From Trypanosoma brucei (Eukaryota): a stretch of 64,000 nucleotides of DNA. Of the stretch, positions 11,031-22,001 are shown one piece after another (position 1 is the first letter of the stretch; each line of letters opens with the position of its first letter). The stretch is from assembly GCA_000002445.1 (NCBI GenBank), contig CP000069.1, positions 992,001-1,056,000 on the forward strand, given 5' to 3'. Made by a program: the position numbers and the translations under genes. Under the pieces are notes generated by a model. It was not told where the DNA came from. It was given only the letters and a program-made list of their open reading frames with translations, and did no database searches.

Positions 11031-13346
11031 TTAAAGCAGAAGCCTCCATAGTCGTCTCAGAATTGGGTCCGTTACGGCTAGGGGGCCTGTCTGCAGTGCT
11101 GTTAACATTGACAGCGAGTCAGAGAAGATGGACAACCTGCTCGATGTGCTTCTGTATGCCGGAAGCCATTTCAGCAGCCGTTGCAGTCCTATCTCTAATG
11201 TTACGCATTCCGCTCTGTAACTGCATGAGAGTTCCCCTGCTCCGGTCTTGGGTGCACAAATCAGCGTGTTGTTTCTATAGAGCAGGGCAGTTGATCCGGA
11301 CTTCTCACCGAGGGGCACGGATCCATCAGTCCACAATTCGTAGTGCTCTCGTCGCGGTGGCTCCTTCCCCCTCCGTGCAAAATGCCGTTCAATCCACTTT
11401 TCGGGAGCCTCCCTTTTGACATCGTCAGGGTCATCAGCGCACACAGGCTTTATCTGCGTGTGAAATATCGGTCGGCAGCTGTGGCGGAGCGTCGATGTCT
11501 CTAGTGGGTGCTCGCGTGGCTCAATGCGGAGGTGGGGGTAGGACCGCATGATGCGGGAATGTAGGGCTCTGACTGGATGTTTGCTGTGGTATACTTCCTC
11601 AGCACTGCGCCGCAAACATCCGCCTCGTGACTCACACATCAGCATGAATTTCATGCTGCGCACAAGAGTGGTCGTCTTGAGTGGCAGGAGGTTTGCTTCC
11701 AGCAGAGAGTCCTCTTTGCGCGTCCCATGCGGTATGCCAGCTATGATTCGACTGGCTTTGTGTTGTGCTGCTGCAAGGAGGTCGCGACTTCGTTCCGAAG
11801 CGTCCCAGTACCATACCTCAATGCCACACATGGTGCGTGCCTGTACGAGTGCTAGATAAAAAGCTCTCAGCACTTGTCGTATTGGCCCCCATATAGAAGC
11901 TGAGATGACTGTTATCTGCAGTAGTCGGAAGTCCATCTTGCGTCTCGTTTCGGTCGCATGTGTTGCCATCCCTTGCAGACACTGGAATGTTACTCCTAGA
12001 AGCTTCGGTGTCCTGTCAGCTCCTATCCTTTCGCCGTCCAGTTGCAATGTAAGGGGGTGGCGCCCTATACACCCGAAGAGTGTGAACTTTGTTTTCGCTA
12101 CATTGATAGACATGAAGTACTCTTTTGACCACTGTAACACCACGTTTAGGCCGCATTGTAGCGTCTGGTTGATGACATCCCTCTCTGTGTGTCTCGCAAG
12201 TAGCGTCAGGTCGTCTGCAAAGAATCCGTGCTGCAGCAACGGCACTTCTGCAAGGCGTTGGCTCAACGAGTTCATGACAATAATGAACATGATTGGGCCA
12301 AGGACAGTTCCTTGTGGCACTCCTCGCTCAAATGTTCTGCTTCTGGAAAGCTTCTCCTTGAATCTCACTCTACCAGTTCGGTTACTCAGAAATGATACGC
12401 ACCACTTCACAATGTGGGGTGATACCTTCATTCTGTGCATTTCCCCCGCAATTTTGTCGTGGTCTACTGTGTCAAATGCCTTCTCGTAGTCAACGAATAC
12501 AGCACCTGTACGATATTGGTGCGTGGGACGGCAGAGGGCAGCGCAGACGTGCAGGAGTTGTTCGAGCGGTGAGCATCCGGGGCGAAAGCCTGATTGCTGC
12601 GGCGTCAGCTGGGACTCAACAGTGTCTCTAAACCTTGCGGCAATTATGCGCTCCATGACTTTGCAGAGACAGCTCGTGAGCGTCACAGGCCTGTAAGAAT
12701 CGAGGTACTCTTCCTTTTTTCTGGCCTTCAGGATGGGGATGATAACACCGGTCTTCCATGCAGACGGCACGGCTCCCATTCGTAGGCTCTCATTGAATAG
12801 CCTCAGCACAACATTCAGCGCTGCTCTACCGAGATGTTGCAGTGCCTCGTTGTATAAGCAATCAGGTCCGGCTATGGATCCACTCGGTAGCAGTTTGATC
12901 GATCTCCGTAGTTCAGCTATCGTGATGAGACTAAACTCACTCGCTATCGTCTTTATGTGTGCCGGTGGGTGTGAGTCGGGGTGCCTTCTTGCGCGGGATG
13001 AGTACAGTTTACTGAACCTCTCAGCTTGACGGTAGTCCGTGATGGCCGCGTTATCAACAAGTACAGCCGGTGTGGTTAGTGGTCGTGGCGCGTATACTTT
13101 CTTGACAATGTGCCAACTGCAGCGGTCTGACACCGCAAGTCTGGAGCATAGCGTGCTCCATCTCTTCTTTGTGGTGCGGTCCAGGATCTGCTTACGCGTG
13201 GCTACCAACTTTTCCCTTCGGTGAGAGGGTCCGTATCCAGCGATCTCTTCATCGAGTTTCGCGAGCGCAGGTGTCCAATGTGGTGGCGTTGCTCTGCAGC
13301 CACGGGGAACGGAGACCTTCGTCGCAATGCGGATGGCGGAGCTCAA
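11031..13346 (-). pseudogene. Reverse-transcriptase ORF fragment of ingi copy 2.
   Basis: A 771-aa ORF nearly identical to 5403-7775 (for example EYLDSYRPV versus EYPESYRPV). Confidence 0.8.
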
Positions 13347-15452
13347 TTTCTGTTTCAGGGTGTTGACATTCTTCTCTCTACCAATTTTCCTGCAGAGCTC
13401 GTCAACCTTGAGACGGAAATTCCTCCAGTCAGCTTTTAGCTATGCGTGCATGGGTTTTCAAAGCCGCGGGCAGCTCAGTGAGTCTGTGTCGTCTCCAACA
13501 ATAACGTCGAAAAATATGTGATGGTGGTCGGTATCGGGAGAATACAGCGATGTCCACCTGGACACTGTGAAATTCCTTGATAGCGTCATATCAGGGGTGG
13601 GCTCCACGTGGTGGCGCGCGTACCTGGTGCACTCACCAGTGTTACATACCAGAAGCTGGTTGGAACTTAAATTTAACGTTCATTGAACGGTTAAGGACTC
13701 TTGTGTGTGCGGCAACGGGCGCCAGCTTATTTACCCACTCTTGCTCTTGGGTACGTTAGCAGGACCTAATTTTCCCCGCCAGTGCTCCACAAACAAATTA
13801 TGTTGGGTCAGTGGGCGGTCACCCATACCACTGCGTATTATTGAAGCGTGCTCTGTGGGGTTGAAACGATTCGGTTCGCTGGTGGATGGATTTTCGGGTA
13901 AGTCCCGATGCACATGTGAGGCTCGCGGCCAGTGGCGTGGCTTCTGTTAAGCGTAGCGATTACGTCTTGATTCCGTTTTTCTTAGTTTGGACGGTGTGGT
14001 GGCACATGCGGAGGCGGTGTTGGTTAACAGTCGCTGATAGCACCAACTGCGCATGTCCTGTTGTATGTTTCGCTTCCAGTCCCTCAAATGGCAGGGGCTT
14101 GGTAATTGACAAGGTGGTCCGCGGAAAAGCATGTGAAGATCTGAAAGTGTGTCTTGAATCCCTGTAGATATGGAGGTGGTGGCATCAATGCGACGACTTC
14201 CCCACTTCATCTTAATATATATGTATTAGCTTGAAGGAACGCATGGGAACACGCAAAGGCACGGTGATTGCAGGCCAGCTGTGCTGAAAGATGGGATGGA
14301 AATGAGAGTACCACAAACGTGAGGGTGTACTGCTCTTCTTTCCGCACGAAGCGTTTGTGTAGTAAATGTGAGGTATGGCAGGCGGCGCGTGCAGAAACGC
14401 AGTGTACGGAAAGCGACTCCCATCATTACGGGGAAATTTCCAAGGAGAACGACAACGGAATACACGTCAGCGGTGCGTCGCGCTTCCCGACGCATTCCAA
14501 ACATCGTCTCAGGGAGTTTGAGATGTCAAGCTTCTCATATGGGAATGTGGAGAAAGAAAAGAAGCCCACGTCGTCTTATGACTGGAAATACTGGAAGCCC
14601 TTTGCTAATCCTCTCAAACGATGCCCGGCGCAAAAGATGAGACACATAATATAGGTGACGGTGACTGTGGTGTAACTCTTGCCGACGGACTCGAAGCTGG
14701 CGAAGCTCCTTCGGGAAGAAATCAATATCATTGCGAAAACCTTCGAAACCGGTGGCGGCGGGTGCTCATTCACCCCCCTTCCCCCCTGGGTTCTTGTCCT
14801 CGTCGACCTTCATTTCGCACCGCATGCGTTGAGGGCCGTTCTGTTGCCGCCATCTGGTTGATGTTGATGAAGTTCTTCTTCTTTAGCCCTTTTATTTCCG
14901 ACGAAGGTGTCGCACACACGTGGGAAAACGCAGAGTGCGTTTGTGCGTATGGGGACTGAGACGCTCAAATCACTAAATATGCAACACGCTGACGTACTGG
15001 GGGTGAAAATAAAACGATGGAAAGAAGAAAGTTACCAACTTTTCAGAAATAAGCAAGCAAGTCACAAAAAGTTTATGCTTACACATTCGTGGTAGCCTGT
15101 GGTTCAGCGGTATCAACATTGTGGTAAACAATGGTTCAGTTGTTGTTCAAATATACACATTTGCTCACACAAAAATGAGCTCATTTTTTTTTTTTTTGAA
15201 ACATTTGATAATGGTATCATTTGGAAATTGGCGATGTAGATGTTTCGATATTAAATTACAGGGTATAATGACATCCAGTGATCGCCAACTCCGGTATTCT
15301 GATTTGACAGAGGGGCATTTCCTTTCCCCCAACCTTTTAGCATCGCTTTCCATGCCCGAATTTGTAAAAAAAAAAAAAAGAAATAACCGATTTTCACTCT
15401 ATTTGTCACATCTCCAGAGTAAAAGGTTTCCTTTCAACTGTGTCTGTGTGTG

Positions 15453-16388
15453 TTACCCGTGGGGAGGGGTGTCCCGACGCGCAGTTGTCGGCGCCGGGCA
15501 GGCTGCCCTTTTCGGTGGAGTGTCGGCTTGCGCAATGCGCACAGGCAGGCAAAAACAAGGACCACAATTCGCATGGCTAAACTTTCCCCAGTCTGCCAAA
15601 TCAGTGGCTGAGTGAAGAAACTGTGCTTCCTCAATTTTGGGGCATACATCGCTTACTTCGGCTTCTGGTTTGTATAACTGTGAAAATTTCCGCGTTCGTT
15701 TTTCTAATAGACCAAGATCACGTGCCACCTTTGCCTCCTGGCGTATTGCAGCAAGATGTGCGGCATTTGCTTCCTCCACTCGCCTTATGATGCGGTGCTT
15801 CTCGTTAATCAACCTTTTAAGTTCCCTTTCTGCGTCTGCATGTGCGGCCTGGGATGAGAGTCCCTCATTTTCCTCCTGCACAACCGAGTCATATGCGTCG
15901 CATTCCTTAATCTCGTTTTTCAAAGTCTCCAGCTTGAGTCGCAGCTGCCCAACTTCCATACTAAGACTATGTATGGAGTGCTTCACTTCGAGGTATTCCC
16001 GTCTTTGCAACGCTTCTGTGGGTGATTTCTTACCAACTGTCCCCTTGCCCGTATTGAAGCACGCACCCATACCATTTATTTTGATGATCGCCTCTTTCCT
16101 CTGTGAACGCGCGGCCTCAAGTCGCAATTCCAGTTTAACCACTTCACCGTAGTCAAGCACATCAGTTGCCATGGAGGCAATCTGATCCCCCAACAGCGCC
16201 TTCTCTTCAAGCAGTTTGCCCAGCAATTCTTCAAGATACCGAAGTTCCTCCTCATCTTCGCTAAGCTCCACATTCCGACGTACTTGTTTTGCATGAGCGA
16301 ATCTTCTGGATGAGGGCCGTGCCGATTCAGCTGCTTTCCCAACTTTAACCAAAGGGGCTGTTCCCGGTCTCTTGTTCTTTAGTGTCAT
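15453..16388 (-). CDS. Hypothetical coiled-coil protein (311 aa).
   Basis: ATG confirmed at 16386-16388. A long heptad-like charged region follows (EELRYLEELLGKLLEEKALLGDQ...LKLETLKNEIKE). Confidence 0.6.
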   Translation of the reverse strand: MTLKNKRPGTAPLVKVGKAAESARPSSRRFAHAKQVRRNVELSEDEEELRYLEELLGKLLEEKALLGDQIASMATDVLDYGEVVKLELRLEAARSQRKEAIIKINGMGACFNTGKGTVGKKSPTEALQRREYLEVKHSIHSLSMEVGQLRLKLETLKNEIKECDAYDSVVQEENEGLSSQAAHADAERELKRLINEKHRIIRRVEEANAAHLAAIRQEAKVARDLGLLEKRTRKFSQLYKPEAEVSDVCPKIEEAQFLHSATDLADWGKFSHANCGPCFCLPVRIAQADTPPKRAACPAPTTARRDTPPHG

Positions 16389-16863
16389 ATTTGTTTTGAT
16401 TTTTTAAAAACAAATTGTGTTGTCGTTGCTGTTGATGCGGCTTAATGTACACGTCGGGCTCGCGTGGGGAGTCGCCACACCACCGTAGGTGTCCCCCAAA
16501 GCTTTTTCACTCCGTAGTTAACGGTCTGGTGCTAGGTATTATTAGTTTTTCAGAAACGATTTATTGTAACGACGAAAAAAAAAAAGAGGAAAGAAGGGTG
16601 AAGCGGATTCCATAACCCACAACTAAATGGAAGGAAGAGAAATATCACGCGCAACACGTTAAAAGTGGCAATCTGGGGGGAGTAAGCATAAAATTAAAAA
16701 TACGGGACGGACCACGCAAACAAAATTATTACACAGTGCCATTTCTCGTGGAAGGGTGCATTCTTTACGTACAGGACCGAAAGGGGACTTTTTTCAAAAA
16801 AATAAATAAATAAAAGTAATGAACTGAGTGGTGCCAAGGAGAAGTGTGTAAAGAATAGCGCGT

Positions 16864-17913
16864 TCAAACTTGCGTCAGCAGGACATCCTTGCAATAGTCC
16901 ACCTCAAAATCCTCGAGGTCCTGTAGGTTTAGCGTTAACGTCCACAACCCGTGTGCCTTTACGCTCCGCCCCTCGCTCACTGGTGCATTGGCTACACTAA
17001 GGGGATCCATGCATTTCGTAACGGCCCACTTACGCTCCAGGGACAATTCTTCTCGAAGCGATTCCTGCATGAGATTCACAATTATGCGCCCTACGGGAAC
17101 CACTTCCCATGTGTGGTCCACCTGTTTACGCCTTATCTTACAGACACGCTTCAGTGCGTCCGCCTCTTGCACCGCCCATGCCGCTAAATGTATGTGCCGT
17201 GGTCCTTCACACGTTCCAAACAGCATATAGTCAAAGTTGCTCGTTTTATTACTAACATCGATAGCGCAGATGTCCCGGACCTTAAGTGACCGCAAAACTT
17301 CTAGTATCTCCTTTACATCTTCTATATATGCCTTCCGCCCGTCCTGCCAAGTTTCGTCGAGGGATCCCTCAACTTCCATTTCCAACAACATGTCTGCAAA
17401 CCGCTCGTCATCGTATGGAAGTGGCTGTTTCGATCCCGTGCTTGTGGGTTGCTGAATCGTCTCCTCCAGAGTGTCACTAGCCAAAACGCGGAGGGCGCTG
17501 CGACTGTTCGTCCGCTGTTCCTCCTGGCGACTGGAAATTGGAATGTTAAGCCGGGAAAATACCTGACCCTCTGGAATATCGTTTTCCCTGACGACGCCGA
17601 GTTCTGAAGAATCCCCCACTTCTCGCCGCGCACTGGCTGATCCCAGCGCATTTGTAAGATCATCCAGTTGGAGATCAACAAAATCGCTCTCCCCGCCATT
17701 GGAGAGCGGCAGCGGCGGCGGAGTCCCATCATTCGTGAACGCATCACTTGAATGCCAGCGGGCAGCTTTCAGCGGCAGGTGACAACACAACCGATTTCGC
17801 ATCCTTCCACTTTCGCGAATCAACTCAAAACAGCACCAACGAAACGAAGGCGTAGTTTGAAATACACCACGCGCATAGCAGCCAGGTGTTGATTTGCTAA
17901 AAATTCGCCGCAT
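16864..17913 (-). CDS. MALSU1 / RsfS (iojap, DUF143)-like ribosomal silencing factor with an N-terminal mitochondrial-targeting-like sequence.
   Basis: ATG confirmed. The core DICAIDVSNKTSNFDYMLFGTCEGPRHIHLAAWAVQEADALK matches the iojap/RsfS signature (DxxxLDVxxxxxxxDYFVIxTGxSxRHxxAIA). The N-terminus is Arg-rich with no acidic residues. Confidence 0.55.
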   Translation of the reverse strand: MRRIFSKSTPGCYARGVFQTTPSFRWCCFELIRESGRMRNRLCCHLPLKAARWHSSDAFTNDGTPPPLPLSNGGESDFVDLQLDDLTNALGSASARREVGDSSELGVVRENDIPEGQVFSRLNIPISSRQEEQRTNSRSALRVLASDTLEETIQQPTSTGSKQPLPYDDERFADMLLEMEVEGSLDETWQDGRKAYIEDVKEILEVLRSLKVRDICAIDVSNKTSNFDYMLFGTCEGPRHIHLAAWAVQEADALKRVCKIRRKQVDHTWEVVPVGRIIVNLMQESLREELSLERKWAVTKCMDPLSVANAPVSEGRSVKAHGLWTLTLNLQDLEDFEVDYCKDVLLTQV

Positions 17914-19460
17914 CAGTCTCCTAAAGCAAATAAAAGGAAGGCACAGTACAGGATGAGAGCGACAAACACTATCAAAAATAAAATAAAATCAAAGAACAAG
18001 CCCCCGAGAAACACGAATAAGAATATATATATATATATATTCAACCGAAATGAATTGAGAACGGAACAATTCTGAAGTCATGGAATACGGCAGGATTATG
18101 ATTCAAACAAACAAATCACACAACCTCTCACTTTTTTCTCTTTGCAGGGGAAACGCAGCAGTCCTTTTTTTTGTCTACGCGAGCAAATGCGCTTCTTCAT
18201 TTTGCCTACATCCAGATCGGTTTCTCAAACGGCTGCACGGATGGAGTTTATCATCAGGTATCGTTCAGCACTAAATTTTCCACGGCAGTGCAGGGCTAAA
18301 AGATATTTAAAAAGGGAAAAGGAGTATGATTGTGTGGATCAAGGGGGAAGAAAGTAAGGCAGGCAATGTCTAGCAAAAATAAATTAATAAACAATGTAAT
18401 TAACAAACAAAAAAAAAGACCAACACATATCCGATGTATCGCTTTCAATTACAGAAAACATACACCACTTAGCCCCAAATCAAAACAAACACGCGCACAA
18501 GCACGGATTGCTAGTTAACATGGCTGCCGCAGCCTTAATTCCGCTAAAGGCTAGTCAAAAAGGACACCATGAAGTGCGCTACAGCAAATATCATTTAGAG
18601 AAATAACAAGCGTATGCGAGTTATACAGAACAAGCTAATAAATATAACAAATCAGTTGAGTACCGAAGTTGCTCCCCACCTAAGTTCGTCACAAATCGGT
18701 ACCCTCCGCGTCGCTGCGTACGCATGGCATTTCCTTCAACCACGGTAAAAACAGAAAAACATAATAACAACAAGGTTTGTGTGGCATTCATTTGGGGTGG
18801 GCTGGAAAAGAAGATAAATGTATTCATGCATACGCACATACGTATGTACAGGGAGGGGAGGAGAGGGGGGTGGAGGAGTGTTTGTAATTCGGTCATTTGT
18901 GAGAACCGAAAAGATTTAGTGTCCAACACCTCTTCTCTCTTCAAAAATTTCTGCGGTTTATCGAACACCCAACCGCGAGAAAATAAAGAGAAAAGGCGTG
19001 GAAAGTGTATGGGATCCATCAACCTTTCAGAGGGATGGAGAGTGTGTATCTACCAAACGATACCACCTCGTTGCGCATGAAACAGCTGCAACAAATTCAA
19101 ATGTTTCTTCCCTCCCCATCTCGTCCACGCCCTTTTGAAGAGGAGAGGGGGAGAAAAAGAAAGATGCACGACAGGACCTTGCGACTGCAGAGTCGGGAAA
19201 TATGTCCGGTTCCCACTTCCTCCCGTCGAAACTTTTCTCACATTCAGATATCTATCAAATAATAATAATAATATACAAGATTCTGGGGATTAGGGGAAAT
19301 GTATAGTAGAAAGACTTTGATTCCTAGGGTTGCGAATCGAAAAGTATCATTATATTTTTCCTTTGATGTGTCGTGAAACAGTTCTCCACCCTTGGGAATT
19401 TCTTTCGTTCAACTGATTCATTAGCGCGCATGCACGTGGCAGCTGAACCTATTCCTGCGT

Positions 19461-22001
19461 TCATACCTCACGGTTTTCAATCCAGTGAACGGAGCAACTC
19501 TCCTCGATGTCCTTCGCACCTTTTTTGTTTCCACGCAAGTCATTTTGCAGGTAAGTGCCACCACCGCCTTTGCACACCCAAACGCCCTCGTAGCGATTCC
19601 CATGAATTTTATTTCGCATCACATGTGGGCGACTGTTAGAGGTAACAATAATACCCGCACTGTAATTATTCAGCACTTCATTCTCTTCAATGACACCGGC
19701 ACCTTCCTGAAACACATAAATACCTGCTTCTCTTCCTTGCCGAATAATATTTCTTGACACATTTGGCGAGGCCCGCTCTTTAATGAGAATCCCGGCTCGG
19801 TTGTTCCTCCGAATTTCATTTTCGACAATAATAGGGGCAGCTTCGGCACAACAAAAGACACCTGCCTTTTGGTTGGCTGTGATGTGATTCCGTTTGAGGA
19901 CAGCATTTGCACAGGGACCCTTCGCCACCACACCGAAACTGCCATTGTTTGCTATGTGGTTCTCTTCTACCGTACCATGTGCGTTATGTAAAAAAATTCC
20001 CGTAACTCCGCCATCCACCACATCGTTTCTTTTGACACATGCAGTGCTATCCTTTTTAAGCAAGAATCCGGCCAGTTTGCAGTTCTTCACCGTATTCTTT
20101 TCAAAGAGACCATGGGCCCCTTCGAGAACAACAACACCTGCGGTTTTGGTATCACATATATGGCAGTGGGAAACAATGGCATCTACGTCACTGTTTACTG
20201 TGATGCCACTCCCATTTGAGCTTGAAATCCGGCAGCGGGATATTTTCCACTCACCCCCAACGAGAGATATGGCTCCAAAATGGGAATCCTCTTTATCATT
20301 TGCCTCAGCAGGCTCCACTGCGTATTCCTTCTTTGTCTGTCGAGCGATGTGACGAATGACGAAATTTTCTATAGTGCCCCTACCAGCTATGCAGTGTATA
20401 GCGAAGGGCCCATCACTTACTTCAACAATGGGTAGGGGATCTTCACCGATAATGCTCAAGCTGTCTGGTAAATCAGCTCCCAACACAAGTGGATCCGTGA
20501 ACACAGCTGCTTCTTTGACCACAATATTACGTACATGAGATAGTCCTTTAACAGCCTGCAGCGCGGTTTGTAGCGTTGGGTAGTCCCTGGGGACACGAAT
20601 TGTTGTATCTTTTATGTTCCGGCCCGCACCGCGAGCGAAAAAGTCAAACAAAGGTGTTACAATGTGAGGACTTGGGCTGAGACCGCTCCTATCACCACAA
20701 GATATGCGTCTCGGAGTCAGAAAACGTGATGAAGTGCTGCTTGCGCTCGATGCCCGCCACTTCACCAGTCGCATCGCCGAGCCGCTCTCATCTCTGAGCC
20801 AGTGAGTACGAGTACTTCGACCGCTACACGTGACACTGTAAGGTGTACGCTCGAGGCTGCTGCAGCTCCGCCGGCTTCGACTTGCCTTTTCAGAATCTTT
20901 TTTGCACGACTGCACGCCGTTAAAGTTTGTGGGACTTGCCATGTGCTCTGTGTCACATCCATTGCTCAACAACGCTGCGAGACTCGAGGGTGTTGCACAT
21001 CTAGGGGCGCTCGGTGTCGTGATACCATTGGATTGCACCACCGCACTTAACATGGCGTCCAAACGACACGAAATGTCTTCGAGAGAGGGCCGATCATCAG
21101 GCGATCGATATAACATATCACGCAGAAGTTCTCCCAGATGTCCGGAGAAACCCATGTCCGTTACTTGCTTCACAACCTTTTCCACAATTGAAGGATTTTC
21201 AATCACACGACTGTTTATGGGCTGCTCCTGCAAGGTGGTAAGCTCTAACATCACCACACCTAATCCCCAAACGTCTACCTTTCCATCGTACTCCTCCTGG
21301 AGCATATGTTCCGGAGCGATGTAGAGCGGTGTGCCTACAACTTTCTCTTGCGACATCCCAACCGCCACGGCCAAGCCAAAGTCACCAATCTTCACATTTC
21401 TACCCTCGTCTAGGAAAATATTTGTGGGTTTCAAATCTCTATGCAGAAACCCTTTCCTGTGAATGAATTTAAGTGCCAGAACACACTGCTTCATCCACAA
21501 AACCACACGTCTTTCCGAAATGGGGTGAAATCCAGTTGCGACAAAGCTTCTCTTCGATTTACTTATAACCACTCCCAAATCCCCGTAAGTGCATAATTCC
21601 ATAACGAGACAAACGCATATCTCATTTGGACCAATTTCCACCGCATCCTTGCCGTCTCCGCAGCTGTTATTCGTAACTACCCCAACTGCATCGACAGGCA
21701 TGTCCTCACTATATCCCTGTGAGTCGGTTGAAATAGTCGTCTTTTTGGTAGGGAATTCGAACAGCAAGCGGCGAACTTCATTTGCGTCAGACACAAGAAA
21801 AAAATCCTTGTACGACACGATGTGTGGGTAGCGTAGTTGTAGCAGTACCTTGATTTCCTTTAGCGCTGCGTTAACAGACGAAATGTCGTGGCATCGAATT
21901 ACTTTCATAGCGAATTTCCGCCCAGTTCGGACGTGAATAACACTAAGCACAGAACCCTGTGCGCCACTACCAATTGGACGGTAAATAGTGTAATCCTCCA
22001 T
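19461..22001 (-). CDS. Serine/threonine protein kinase with a C-terminal parallel beta-helix (PbH1/CASH) repeat domain (846 aa).
   Basis: ATG confirmed. The kinase domain shows GSGAQGSV, AMKVI, HRDLKPTNIFL, DFGLAV and YIAPE. The C-terminal ~350 aa contain about 10 tandem ~23-aa repeats (N.I..N...GI.V type), typical of right-handed beta-helix proteins. Confidence 0.75.
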   Translation of the reverse strand: MEDYTIYRPIGSGAQGSVLSVIHVRTGRKFAMKVIRCHDISSVNAALKEIKVLLQLRYPHIVSYKDFFLVSDANEVRRLLFEFPTKKTTISTDSQGYSEDMPVDAVGVVTNNSCGDGKDAVEIGPNEICVCLVMELCTYGDLGVVISKSKRSFVATGFHPISERRVVLWMKQCVLALKFIHRKGFLHRDLKPTNIFLDEGRNVKIGDFGLAVAVGMSQEKVVGTPLYIAPEHMLQEEYDGKVDVWGLGVVMLELTTLQEQPINSRVIENPSIVEKVVKQVTDMGFSGHLGELLRDMLYRSPDDRPSLEDISCRLDAMLSAVVQSNGITTPSAPRCATPSSLAALLSNGCDTEHMASPTNFNGVQSCKKDSEKASRSRRSCSSLERTPYSVTCSGRSTRTHWLRDESGSAMRLVKWRASSASSTSSRFLTPRRISCGDRSGLSPSPHIVTPLFDFFARGAGRNIKDTTIRVPRDYPTLQTALQAVKGLSHVRNIVVKEAAVFTDPLVLGADLPDSLSIIGEDPLPIVEVSDGPFAIHCIAGRGTIENFVIRHIARQTKKEYAVEPAEANDKEDSHFGAISLVGGEWKISRCRISSSNGSGITVNSDVDAIVSHCHICDTKTAGVVVLEGAHGLFEKNTVKNCKLAGFLLKKDSTACVKRNDVVDGGVTGIFLHNAHGTVEENHIANNGSFGVVAKGPCANAVLKRNHITANQKAGVFCCAEAAPIIVENEIRRNNRAGILIKERASPNVSRNIIRQGREAGIYVFQEGAGVIEENEVLNNYSAGIIVTSNSRPHVMRNKIHGNRYEGVWVCKGGGGTYLQNDLRGNKKGAKDIEESCSVHWIENREV

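Larger units (their letters stand above)
5215..13600. repeat. Large inverted repeat (quasi-palindrome). The arms are 5215-9143 and 9662-13600, about 3.9 kb each. The asymmetric central spacer is 9144-9661, about 0.5 kb.
   Basis: Six-frame ORFs mirror about the axis x <-> 18806-x, with identical proteins on opposite strands. Direct nucleotide comparison was done at both arm ends. Confidence 0.85.
9660..13600 (-). mobile_element. ingi-type retroposon copy 2 in inverted orientation. It lacks the terminal ~500 bp and poly(A) of the element and abuts the poly(A) of copy 1.
   Basis: The same three ORF segments appear mirrored on the minus strand (11031-13346 RT; 10572-11015 RNase H; 9569-10750 C-terminal). 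Protein identity to copy 1 is about 98-99%. Homology ends at about 9662 on the 3' side and about 13600 on the 5' side. Confidence 0.8.

Noticed and set aside
15061-15130. ggttcagcggta / ggttcagttgttgttcaaat motifs reminiscent of tRNA D- and T-loops, downstream of the first minus-strand gene.
   Set aside because: A cloverleaf cannot be folded, because the stems are not complementary.
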